A stretch of DNA of 64,000 bases from a bacterium (GTDB lineage: Bacteria; Zixibacteria; MSB-5A5; WJJR01), in NCBI GenBank assembly GCA_021813505.1, contig JAKAKI010000038.1:651-64650 (forward strand). Direction: 5' to 3'. A program made the translations under genes and the position numbers. Of the stretch, positions 39,601-46,958 are shown in pieces. The notes below the pieces were generated by a model, which had not been told where the DNA came from, ran no database searches, and was given only the letters and a program-made list of their open reading frames with translations. The first letter of the stretch is position 1. Every line of letters begins with the position of its first letter.

Positions 39601-39671
39601 CGAATGATCCATCCCAAGCGGGAGATTCCGCGCCGACCGTTCGGGGTGTACGACTTGTACAATTGCGACAT
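30651..39671 (-). CDS. giant repeat-rich cell-surface protein (3006 aa): signal anchor, VWA domain, 6 PKD-like repeats, 15 four-cysteine ~82-aa repeats, 5 PKD-like repeats, Ig-like modules, dockerin-like C-terminus
   Basis: Single ORF. ATG with GAGGAG SD. N-terminus MSQLYKSY...WIIRAILAAISLSVIALGAA. VWA/MIDAS CLVIDVSGSMG...AIVKFSD...IALTDGLEN. C-terminal ~800 codons nearly identical in nucleotide sequence to the neighbouring giant gene. Confidence 0.85.
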   Translation of the reverse strand: MSQLYKSYTPNGRRGISRLGWIIRAILAAISLSVIALGAAPSEKKMINLGTPDDPYMVEQRPTLTTAAKVTSILSPASVNGVSDVFLGSIDASLFPLICTYVEVLDPNGLPIPHLPADSFCVYQDGFRMSEFTIQELTGDSCRTSTCLVIDVSGSMGTNSKITAAKDAARRFVRAMSIYDRTAIVKFSDCYTVVQNFTSDTALLISGINSLSASGRTAFFDGTWKGVSLTTTELGSKAVIALTDGLENESQNCGTSATPNGLNGSQPNNGFTDDSTLIVGLALGAGIPIYTISLGSDFDPHYLVSLSNGSGGSHFHAPSGAELDSIYDAIKERLCTRYKICYNSIDTIPDGDCHQVVVCHQNADLTCAPCDTGDYCEKAPPVIKRTPPTIALDNICQKAKTNVQLCAWVTDKDTPLASLTVNLFYRNGPTSYTSVATTRTDSTFCATVPASQLLCSGDSIQYYFTASDGEHTVATPSNAPIGHHAFPICPTIANAGPDKALTCLVSQVQLSGSSTPPGINFSWTATGGGHIVSGGSTATPTVDAAGTYVLTVTDPSNSCTDKDTALVTVNTAKPNANAGPDKVLTCTVTQVNLDGSSTTPSATFSWAVAAGGHIVSGGSTATPLVDAAGTYILTVTDPANGCTKKDTALVTVDTAKPNANAGADKVLTCLVTQINLSGSSSTPGATFSWGAFAGGHIVSGGTTASPLVDAAGTYVLTVTNPANGCTKADTALVTANTAPPNANAGPDKVLNCIVVQVNLAGSSSTPSATFSWAAYDGGHIVSGGSTATPLVDSAGTYVLTVTNPANGCTKLDTALVTSNVSKPNANAGPDKFLNCEVSQVNLSGSSTTPGAAFSWLASNGGHIVSGSTTASPLVDAPGTYTLTVTDPANGCTATDGALVTRDISRPNVNAGADQVLTCANTLDTLHGSSSTPGVNFSWSAYSGGHIVSGASSPSPIVDAAGTYVLMVTNPETHCSAYDTALVTIDRTKPVLTCAGDDLTCDSLLATASVISNPAVGVTYEWKPAPVSGQGTAIARYDSPGSKWVIVTNPANGCVDSCEATITQNIRKPNLTCTGDTLTCNTVMASVSVSTNITEPVSYNWDPAPLSGQGSSHALYNAPGAKKVVVTILSSGCKDSCEAIVEQNAVKPVPICSGDDLTCDSLLATASVLLGGQSKSLTNISYFWTPAPVSGQGTNLARYDTPGFKKVVVTVLDSGCKDSCEAEITQHIAKPELSCHADSITCNKLQATATVQSSVVEGITYFWNPAPVSGQGTSQAVYDSPGIKWVTVTIAATGCKDSCSVDIVQDTYKPKLLCAGDELTCDSLQATASVSIVLDDAKIPPPLTFFWSPDPLSGQGTPWARYDTPGPKKVVVTYTPTGCKDSCEATITQNTRRPEISCGADTITCVHPQATAWVNSSPSEGVSYFWNPAPITGQGTTQAVYDTPGIKVVVVTILATGCKDSCLVDVQQNIYKPVLSCSGDQLTCDSLEATASVQLVSAASKIPFPFTFYWTPEPISGQGTQEARYNTPGTKWVVVTYTPSGCKDSCSAEIAQDVIKPLLSCSGDELTCDSLLASATVNLTDAQKLLVDVWGYFWSPAPISGQGTPFARYDTPGTKWVVVTYLPTGCKDSCSSVITQNIIKPSISCHGDELTCDSLLATASVSFDPSKILNGVTYLWAPEPISGQGTQWARYDAPGWKKVVVTFTATGCKDSCEANITQNTRRPEVACGADTITCAHPHATAWVNSGPSVGVSYFWDPAPLSGQGTTQAVYDTPGIKRVVVTILESGCKDTCTVDIQENLYKPQFICSGDELTCDSLLATASLQFPSAGSQAFIPFLIVWSPEPISGQGTPWARYDTPGQKKVVVTYGPTGCKDSCEATITQSIDKPFLSCSGDELTCDSLLASASVNFIEQAKNPNPAVYSYVWSPAPISGQGTPNARYDSPGTKWVVVTVLETGCKDSCSAVITQKIEKPSLSCSGDVLTCDSLQATASVTIGAPGQKTNGTVIIVWSPAPLSGQGTPFARYDTPGTKWVVVTDLASGCKDSCSAEIMQNARTPEFGCSGDELTCDSVLATASVNLPQSGKALNGFSYLWKPSPVSGQGTPFARYDTPGTKWVIITIPETGCKDSCAATITQNIFKPELQCFGDTLTCDSLQGTACVYWFDASKTSTPILSYQWRPEPVSGQGTACARYDTPGQKWAIVTFLPNGCKDSCAATIVQSNAVPNANAGTDKVLTCTVTQLNLSGSSSTPGVTFNWVASAGGHIVSGGTTATPTVDAAGTYTLTVTNPTNGCKASDVALVTLNNTPPNANAGADKILTCTATQLNLSGSSSTPGATFSWVASAGGHIVSGGSTATPLIDQPGTYTLTVTNPANGCTATDVASVTRNNTTPNADAGADKVLTCSVTQINLSGSSSTPGVTFSWVASAGGHIVSGGNTATPLVDQPGTYTLTVTNPTNGCTATDVALVTRNATTPNVSAGVDKVLNCSVTSINLSGSSTTQGVTFNWVASGGGHIVSGGTTATPLVDQAGTYTLTVTVTATGCKASDAATVTLDNTLPNADAGPDKALTCTITQIALSGASSTPGATFSWAATNGGHIVSGPTTATPIVDAAGTYTLTVTNPANGCMATDVALVTKTPNNPPVCVVPHDTSITTTTVPVTICLPVSGTDVDGDAVTCTKISGAGTLSGGQWCFTWSAPKDTSVLVGVRCRDACDSCSSQFRVTILYQSPVSPCEGNIAPECNLPHDTTIVQCIPTTVSLKLSATDANGNFKSCKIISGPGTISSRGNWNYTPYGPDTVTVTIRCTDSCGAFCEGTFTVSFVRDNLKPVCKPVLDTTVHACAEIPITIPLYANAVGMVNAYIVAGPGALADGFWVYVPTVNEDVRVTVQCQSFCGKSWKWSLTVRVRMDGNCASAIATDPSVSMPMTASAPDPCRCPAPGDIDADGQVSVSDLAVLCNVIYRVETVTTTGSCPEIQRCDVNCDGIVDRKDVDALTSYMFRQGKSLCDPCPKR

Positions 39672-40665
39672 AGCAACTCCTCAGTTGATTATGGTAAATG
39701 TCAGCTACGTTATTTCGTGGCGAATGGCAAAACGAGTTTATTGCTATGAGTTACACACGATGTCCGTGCCAGTACGGCACCTCCTGCCGCACACATCCAC
39801 TCCCCGTGGAGCGCTCGACCGGACGAGGGTATAATCTCAGAGAACCACCATCCAAACTCTTCTTGAACATGATTTGCAAGATCGCCTATTCCCCCAGTTT
39901 GTCAAGGGGTAAACGTCTGGTCGCCGAAAGATCGCAAGCCACGGGTCTTCATCCTCCACCTTCAGCCCGTGAAAGGCGATGGGACAACTCTGCTTTAGTC
40001 CCGCTTGGTCGCCCGGCCACCCACTTTTAATCTATATCGACAATCGCCGCAGAACCACTTCCTGTTCGAGATCTTATGAAAAAGTTGACAAGGTGATCGG
40101 CGTCGTCCAGACCACGATCGGTCCACGCTCTTGGCGGTAAGACTGGGAGTCTTGGCGTAAATCGGTCGACTGGAAGGCGCCTCAGGTAACTCGATGTCGG
40201 TTGATGCAATACGTGCATGGCGCGGCATAATCGCTTGAAATCCAATGTGTTATGATTACGCCTAACGACTGGTCTCGATCCGGGGTCGTCTATCACAGAG
40301 ATTCCAATGCGTCAGCGACTGATGCACCAGCGTGCATACTTTCGCGCGTCGGGCCATCCGAAGATTGAATGGAACTGATGGTCAAGTTCAAATCGTGGAG
40401 CCTTTCGACTTTGTGGCAAAACTTTGGCAAACGAGTGCGGCCTGTCGCTAATGCCCACTGCCGGTTCCGCCTGAGGTCCAATCCTCAGAATGCCACTGAG
40501 TGGTATCAATGACTTCTCCAGATGCCAACGGGACCCTGCCTTTGTTCTCAATAGCATGGCGGCTGTCCTGGCCAGATTCCGTGGAGCGCGGTGCTGCGTT
40601 CGCCGCACCATTCTCGTATAATCGCCTAAGGTGCCGGACGGGATGGCCGGCATGGCAACCGAGTA

Positions 40666-41661
40666 ATGGGTGTATGGCGGGGCGCAATGACGACTTCACA
40701 TTCTGACGAGTCCACCAACTTCCCGATCGCGGTCGAGGGCCTTTGTCATAAGTACGAAGACCGTATCGCACTGACTGACGTCAGTTTCTCGGTGGGGAGC
40801 GGGGAATTGTTTGGGATCGTCGGTCCCAATGGCGGTGGCAAGACGACCACTTTCAAGATACTGACCACCCTGCTTCGACCGACCGGGGGACGGGCTTCGG
40901 TCTGGGGTCTGGATGTCGTCGGGCAGCGCGATCAGGTTCGGCACCTAATTGGAGTGGTTTTTCAGTCGCCTGCCCTGGATGTCAAACTGACGGTTAGAGA
41001 AAACCTGCTCCACCACGGTCACCTGTATGGTCTGGCGGGGCGTGACTTGAAGACCCGGATCGACGGCTGCCTGGAGCGCCTGAGTCTGACCGACCGGTCG
41101 CGCGATCTGGTCGAAAAGCTGTCCGGAGGGTTGCGACGCCGGGTCGAATTGGCGAAAGCCCTGATGTCTCGTCCCAAAGTTCTGCTGATGGATGAGCCGA
41201 CCGCCGGCCTGGATCCGGGCGCGCGCGATACGTTCTGGAATCTGATCAATCGCATGCGGACAGAATCCGGGATGACCGTTGTGCACACGACGCATCATCT
41301 CGAGGAAGCGGAGCTTTGCGACCGGATCGCGGTATTCGACCGCGGGCGACTGGTGGGATTGGACAGTCCGGGTAAGCTACGGGCCGAGATCGCTGGCGAG
41401 GTGGTCACTCTGCGGGGTTCCGATCTGTCTGCGATCGATGAACAGCTTCGCAAGAAGCTGGGAGTAGAAACTCAATTGGCCGGTGATTGCGTTCGTGTTC
41501 TGACGGGCGACGGCCATGCATTCGCGGCAAAGGCCCGCGAAGTGTTGGGCGGGATTCTTGACAGTATCAGCATTGCGCGGCCGTCGCTGGCGGACGTATT
41601 CCGGCAGCGCAGCGGCCATGATTTCGCCGGGGAGGCCGACGTGATGGAGGCGAAGGAATGA
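40666..41661 (+). CDS. ABC transporter ATP-binding protein (ABC-2/DrrA-CcmA type)
   Basis: Walker A GPNGGGKTT, signature LSGGLRRR, Walker B LLMDEPTAGLD, H-loop. Alternative in-frame ATG at 40687. Stop overlaps the permease start (ATGA). Confidence 0.85.
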   Translation: MGVWRGAMTTSHSDESTNFPIAVEGLCHKYEDRIALTDVSFSVGSGELFGIVGPNGGGKTTTFKILTTLLRPTGGRASVWGLDVVGQRDQVRHLIGVVFQSPALDVKLTVRENLLHHGHLYGLAGRDLKTRIDGCLERLSLTDRSRDLVEKLSGGLRRRVELAKALMSRPKVLLMDEPTAGLDPGARDTFWNLINRMRTESGMTVVHTTHHLEEAELCDRIAVFDRGRLVGLDSPGKLRAEIAGEVVTLRGSDLSAIDEQLRKKLGVETQLAGDCVRVLTGDGHAFAAKAREVLGGILDSISIARPSLADVFRQRSGHDFAGEADVMEAKE

Positions 41662-42530
41662 ATCCGTTGGCGGCAGTGCCTGAACTAACTGCGGCGGCAC
41701 CACGGCCGGCGGTGCCAACCCCGTCACTGGAACTGACGCATCCACGTCCGTGGCTGGTGGTCGGGACGCTGTTGCAACGGGAGTTTGTGCGATTTATCCG
41801 CCAGCGGCATCGGGTCTTTGGCGCGCTCGGTCAACCGCTGATATTTCTGGTCTTGTTCGGTGCGGGGTTGCACGGATCGTTCCGCAATCCTCTGGTTGCC
41901 ACAGAGCACACGTACTTTGAGTATTTCTTCCCTGGGACGCTGATTCTGATCCTTCTATTCACGGCCATCTTTGCGACCATCTCGATCATTGAGGACCGGC
42001 GGGAGGGGTTCCTGCAATCGGTTCTGGTTGCCCCGGCGCCACGTTGGACTATTGCCCTGGGGAAGATGCTGGGAACCGGGTCACTGGCCGTTTCGCAGGT
42101 GATCCTGTTTATGATCATCGCCCCATTAGTCGGGATTCCATTTGACCTTTTGGGCTGGGCGGGGGCGGTCGCAGTGATGGCTGTTATCGCGCTGGCACTC
42201 ACCGGGCTGGGATTTATGCTGGCCTGGTCGATGGATTCGGCGCAGGGGTACCACGCAATCATGAATGTCGCTTTGATCCCGATGTGGCTTCTTTCGGGGG
42301 CCTTCTTCCCTGCTTCGGGTGCGACCGGGTGGATGCGCGCAATCATGTTGGGGAATCCGCTGACCTACGGGACAGCAGCCGTGCGCCACATGCTCTATTT
42401 GCATAATCCCGCGATGACAGCGGGGCTGCCGTCGCTGGCGGTCAGCCTTGGGGTAACCGCCCTCTTCGCCGCCGCAGCCTTTGCCGGGGCGGTGTGGATT
42501 ACGGGCGTCCATTTCAAAAAGCACCAGTAA
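41658..42530 (+). CDS. ABC-2 type transporter permease
   Basis: 290 aa, 6 predicted TM segments, translationally coupled to the ATPase. Confidence 0.8.
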   Translation: MNPLAAVPELTAAAPRPAVPTPSLELTHPRPWLVVGTLLQREFVRFIRQRHRVFGALGQPLIFLVLFGAGLHGSFRNPLVATEHTYFEYFFPGTLILILLFTAIFATISIIEDRREGFLQSVLVAPAPRWTIALGKMLGTGSLAVSQVILFMIIAPLVGIPFDLLGWAGAVAVMAVIALALTGLGFMLAWSMDSAQGYHAIMNVALIPMWLLSGAFFPASGATGWMRAIMLGNPLTYGTAAVRHMLYLHNPAMTAGLPSLAVSLGVTALFAAAAFAGAVWITGVHFKKHQ

Positions 42531-42640
42531 AGGCGCTCGCTCTTGCGGGTGACCGTTTCTGTATAACGCGTTGGCCGGCGACCACGACGCAGTTGTTACA
42601 AGACCGCCATAGCTGAAGTCGAGAGATTGTTAATTCAGGT

Positions 42641-42774
42641 ACCACGGACAAGGAAAGTCGAGCGGCTTTTCTGCTCGGTCTTTCTTGTCCGTGTCTTTAC
42701 TTCGGTTGTCAGAAGAAGGCACGGACAAGCGGATTCTCCAAAGAACCGGAGAATCCGCTTGTCCGTGGCACCCT
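42641..42774 (-). repeat. MITE-like 134-bp element (copy A, inverted relative to copy B) with CACGGACAAG/CTTGTCCGTG hairpin modules
   Basis: Reverse complement aligns along its whole length with 46959-47093 (about 85-90 % identity by eye). Internal perfect hairpin GCCACGGACAAGCGGATTC...GAATCCGCTTGTCCGTGGC. Confidence 0.75.
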
Positions 42775-43224
42775 GCTGGAGAACTGTGCATTTCAACAAT
42801 TCCTGCAACGTGGAAGCCAAGGTTCCCAGTTGGCCTGCAAGGGTGCCACACTCGCAAGTCTGATAGGCCGGGCAGGAGTGCCCGGCCTACCAATGTCGGA
42901 ATCTACCAGTACGCCCCACGCTTGTCAGATCGAGTTCATGCCCCAACCAGCGCCTGCGACGGGTTCCCACCGGCAAGATTCACTGTTTCAGAATTCTTCG
43001 GAAAACCGGGAATAAGACAGCGCTGAAAGTGTATTAGGGGTGTCGTAACTGGGTGCCGGGACGGCGCAGTGACCGGGTTAGTGGTCAGAATCGATGTGCC
43101 CCTTCCCCGCTCGAGCACTTGGTTGGCTCGAAGAATTCATGCACAGGTCCGGATACACTCGGGCCGGTCGTTAAATCCGTTGGGACTTCACACGGAGTGT
43201 GAAGTTGGGGAAAGGACGGTTGAC

Positions 43225-44508
43225 ATGAAGAAATTCGCCTGGCCGGCCGTAGCGCTGGTCCTCCTGTGGGCTGGCGCAACGTACGCGGGGAATCCTCCCG
43301 CGGCGAATTGGGAGTCCATTCTGGCGTCATGGTCGGCGCCCGACATCATCCTGCCCCGGGCTGCCTCGGGGGACTACTCGGTGATCGTTGAATCGAAAGA
43401 TGTTCGCGCCGGGGATTCGGCACGGATCGGCATCTACCTCAAAAATGAGCAGCCGCTCGGCTCGCTGGTGATCCCGTTGGTCATTCGGTCGATCGACCCG
43501 GGGGCGTTCTGCACTTCGGCCATCCCCTCATTTGACCACACGGCAAGGATCAATGGCTATCTCAACGGGATCTACAATGGCGAGGTCATCTGGCCAGAAA
43601 TCATCAATCCCTGGCCCGACCATCCCGGGATCGGCGCACCCAGACCGCTGGACTACCTCTCCCCTGACTTCATTCTGTTCGCGAAGGGGAGGATTCTGTC
43701 TGACAACAATCTCCCAGCGGGAGATGACGGTGTTCCCGGCTCCGGCCAACCATCAATCGTCATCGATATTGTCGCGAACACCATCGCCGGACGGTTTGAA
43801 ATCGACACGGCGATGATCGCACCGGCCAATCATATCATATTCGTGTTGGGGCAAGGTGTATCCTCAGTGGGCATCGTGCCGGAGTTCACCAGGGGAGTCA
43901 TCACGATCCTTGGCGATGACGTCGCGATCGGCACCGAGGATTCTCTCGACACAGGCAGTGCGCCGACAGACACCGCCACTACCGACCCCGCAGTCGACAC
44001 TGGCGACGCGGATTCGACAGCCGGTGAAATTACCGGAGACATCGCACCACCGGCAGAGGATTCGACTTCGAGCCAGGATACCACTTCCTCGGAGCCAGCA
44101 GAGGTGACGAGACTTATCGACAAAGGACATTTCGTGATCGCTTCGGATGAAGACAGTGGCCAGAATCCGACATCCGTTATCAAAAGCAAAGGAACGGCCG
44201 GACACTCACCGGCGACTGAAAACGCGGTAACGAAGGTGTCCCTCTGCTCGAATTTCCCGAACCCATTCAACGCCGGAACTTCGATTCGGTATGCGGTGAC
44301 TGAGCACACGACGGTTGACGTGTCGGTCTATAACCTGCTGGGACAAAAAGTAGCGACAATCGCTGAGGGTTCACGGTCACCGGGCGAGTATTTCGCAATT
44401 TGGAACGCCGCCGATGGCCATGGCAGTCAGGTGGCATCGGGTATCTACTTTTATCGCGTGCAGAGCGGCAGCCGGACGGAAGTGGGCAAAATGATGCTGA
44501 TCCGGTAG
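43225..44508 (+). CDS. secreted protein with C-terminal T9SS (Por) type-A sorting domain
   Basis: Signal peptide MKKFAWPAVALVLLWAGATYAG. Acidic Thr/Asp/Ser low-complexity linker. C-terminal ~85 aa KVSLCSNFPNPFNAGTSIRYAVTEHTTVDVSVYNLLGQKVATIAEG...SGIYFYRVQSGSRTEVGKMMLIR matches the T9SS CTD consensus. Confidence 0.8.
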   Translation: MKKFAWPAVALVLLWAGATYAGNPPAANWESILASWSAPDIILPRAASGDYSVIVESKDVRAGDSARIGIYLKNEQPLGSLVIPLVIRSIDPGAFCTSAIPSFDHTARINGYLNGIYNGEVIWPEIINPWPDHPGIGAPRPLDYLSPDFILFAKGRILSDNNLPAGDDGVPGSGQPSIVIDIVANTIAGRFEIDTAMIAPANHIIFVLGQGVSSVGIVPEFTRGVITILGDDVAIGTEDSLDTGSAPTDTATTDPAVDTGDADSTAGEITGDIAPPAEDSTSSQDTTSSEPAEVTRLIDKGHFVIASDEDSGQNPTSVIKSKGTAGHSPATENAVTKVSLCSNFPNPFNAGTSIRYAVTEHTTVDVSVYNLLGQKVATIAEGSRSPGEYFAIWNAADGHGSQVASGIYFYRVQSGSRTEVGKMMLIR

Positions 44509-44554
44509 GTGGACTTCCCAAACCTGCCTCCGGGATGGTGGGTTTGTGGCGCAG

Positions 44555-44598
44555 AAGGCGGCCTTTACTCCTCCGGGCCGCCTTTGTCTTTTTCGCTT
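44555..44598 (+). terminator. rho-independent terminator AAGGCGGCC-loop-GGCCGCCTT followed by TTTGTCTTTTTCGCTTT
   Basis: 9-bp GC stem plus T-rich tail, 47 nt after the stop of the T9SS-cargo gene. Confidence 0.6.
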
Positions 44599-44739
44599 TG
44601 ACCTCCCACAGGTGCGGCCTTGACCCTGATCACCGGGTGCAGTATGCTCTGCCCCAATGGTAACCGCCGGTGGCGGATACTCGACGATCCGGGTGTGGAT
44701 TGTGGGAATAATAGCGAAGTCGACAAAGGAGAGAGCACG

Positions 44740-46875
44740 ATGCTCCGCAGGATTGGGTCAGTTCGGCTGCCGTCGGCAGCGGCGCTTGGGGCGCTGTTGC
44801 TGGCCGGATCATCCGTCAGCTTTGGACAGGACGCCATGAGGCCGCCGGTTGCACAGATCATCCCCAAAATCGATACGGTCAACGGCGACGTCCGCACCGA
44901 CAACTATTTCTGGCTGCGCGAGAAGACGAGTCCCGAGGTGATCAATTACCTCGAAGCCGAAAACGCGTACACCGAAAGTGTGTTGAAACACACGGAAGCG
45001 TTGCAGAAGACGCTCTATGATGAAATGCTCTCCCGCATCAAGGAAACGGACCTGGATGTGCCGGAGAAGAACGGGGATTACTATTACTACACGCGCACGG
45101 AAGAAGGAAAGCAGTATCCGATCCGCTGCCGCAAGCAGGGCAGCCTGGATGCGCCGGAGGAGGTCCTGCTCGATCCCAATGCCCTCGGGCAGGGGCACAA
45201 GTTCTTCGATATCGGCGTGTTCAAGGTCAGCGACGATCATACCATGCTGGCCTATTCCGTCGATACGACCGGCTCTGAGGAATACACTCTGTACTTCAAA
45301 GATCTCCGGAACAATGCCACATTCAAGGATGAGCTTCGCAACACGTCGACCGGAGTGGAGTGGGCCGCCGACAATCGAACGGTCTTCTACAACACGCTCG
45401 ACTCCGCAAAGCGTCCGTACAAGCTCTTCCGCCACATGCTGGGCGCCAGCCAGAAGAATGATGTCCTGATCTATCATGAGGCCGACGAGGCGTACTTTCT
45501 CGACGTATCGAAGACCCGCAGCCATGCGTATCTGTTGATCACGCTGGAGAGCCAGACAACATCCGAGGTGCGCTATCTGGCGGCGGACAACCCAAAGGGG
45601 GAATTCAAAGTCCTTCAGCCGCGCAAACACGAGATGGAGTACCACGTCGATCATCACGGCGACGATTTTTACATCGTGACCAACGACCGGGCACGCAATT
45701 TCCGATTGATGAAGGCGCCCGTGGCCGATCCCGGGATGGCGAATTGGAGCGAAGTGATCGCGGGACGGGATGCGGTGAAGCTCGACGACATCGATGCCTT
45801 CGCGGATCATCTGGTGGTCTATGAGCGTGAGGGCGGACTCAAGAAGATCCGCATCCGCAGTTTCAACTCAAACGAAGACTTCTACGTGGATTTCGCGGAG
45901 CCGGTGTACACGTACTCGCCCGCGCGGAATCCCGAATTCAATACGAATCTTTTGCGGTTCACCTATACATCGCTGGTGACACCGCGGTCGGTGTACGACT
46001 ACGACATGACGGCCAAGACACGCGAGCTGAAAAAGCAGTACAAGGTTCTCGGCGGATACGATCCGTCGAAATACACGTCCGAACGCATCTTCGCCAAGGC
46101 CCCGGATGGCACGGGGGTGCCGATCTCACTCGTGTACAAGAAGGGCATGAAGCGCGACGGGTCCAATCCGCTCTTGCTTTACGGCTACGGTGCCTACGGC
46201 ATCAGCTCCGATCCGAACTTTTCGTCCAACCGGCTCAGCCTTCTGGACCGCGGTTTCATCTACGCCATCGCCCATATCCGCGGCGGCGGTGAGATGGGGC
46301 GGCCATGGTATGACGACGGCAAGCTGTTGCACAAGAAGAACACGTTCACCGACTTCATCGCCTGCGCCGAGCATCTGATCGACGAGAAATACACATCGAC
46401 ACCGAAGCTGGTCATCAATGGCGGCAGCGCCGGCGGTCTGCTGATGGGTGCCGTGGTGACCATGCGGCCCGATCTGTTCGGAGTCGTGGTGGCGAAAGTG
46501 CCGTTTGTCGACGTGGTCAACACCATGCTCGACGAGTCGATCCCTCTGACCGTGATCGAGTTTGAGGAATGGGGCAATCCCAAAGAGAAGAAGTTCTACA
46601 ATTACATGAAGTCGTACTCCCCGTACGACAATGTCACGGCGAAGCCATACCCGACAATGTTGATCACCGCCGGGTTGAACGACCCGCGCGTGGGGTATTG
46701 GGAACCCGCCAAGTTCACTGCGAAGTTGCGCACCATGAAACAAGACGACAATCTCCTCCTCTTGAAAGTCAACATGGGCGCGGGCCACGGCGGGTCATCG
46801 GGGCGGTATGACTACCTGAAAGAGATCGCGCTGGATTACGCGTTTATCCTCGATCGGCTGGGATTGGCGAAGTAG
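44740..46875 (+). CDS. ptrB: S9A prolyl oligopeptidase family, oligopeptidase B (protease II)-like, with signal peptide
   Basis: ATG with AAAGGAGAGAG SD. Signal MLRRIGSVRLPSAAALGALLLAGSSVSFG. Beta-propeller N-domain; catalytic GGSAGGLLMGAV serine motif plus downstream Asp/His region (NDPRVGYWEPAKF...GAGHGG). Confidence 0.85.
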   Translation: MLRRIGSVRLPSAAALGALLLAGSSVSFGQDAMRPPVAQIIPKIDTVNGDVRTDNYFWLREKTSPEVINYLEAENAYTESVLKHTEALQKTLYDEMLSRIKETDLDVPEKNGDYYYYTRTEEGKQYPIRCRKQGSLDAPEEVLLDPNALGQGHKFFDIGVFKVSDDHTMLAYSVDTTGSEEYTLYFKDLRNNATFKDELRNTSTGVEWAADNRTVFYNTLDSAKRPYKLFRHMLGASQKNDVLIYHEADEAYFLDVSKTRSHAYLLITLESQTTSEVRYLAADNPKGEFKVLQPRKHEMEYHVDHHGDDFYIVTNDRARNFRLMKAPVADPGMANWSEVIAGRDAVKLDDIDAFADHLVVYEREGGLKKIRIRSFNSNEDFYVDFAEPVYTYSPARNPEFNTNLLRFTYTSLVTPRSVYDYDMTAKTRELKKQYKVLGGYDPSKYTSERIFAKAPDGTGVPISLVYKKGMKRDGSNPLLLYGYGAYGISSDPNFSSNRLSLLDRGFIYAIAHIRGGGEMGRPWYDDGKLLHKKNTFTDFIACAEHLIDEKYTSTPKLVINGGSAGGLLMGAVVTMRPDLFGVVVAKVPFVDVVNTMLDESIPLTVIEFEEWGNPKEKKFYNYMKSYSPYDNVTAKPYPTMLITAGLNDPRVGYWEPAKFTAKLRTMKQDDNLLLLKVNMGAGHGGSSGRYDYLKEIALDYAFILDRLGLAK

Positions 46876-46958
46876 GACGCGCGGGTGGCAAGGTCATCCT
46901 GCACGCGCGTCGATGCCCAACCAGATAGGAACTGCTAAGCAACCAAGCTCACCATCGG

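Noticed and set aside
39672-39760. Sigma-70-like -35/-10 (CTGACA / CATAAT) immediately upstream of the second giant gene
   Set aside because: Spacer between the two hexamers is only ~5 nt, incompatible with a functional promoter. FCB-type promoters also follow a different consensus.
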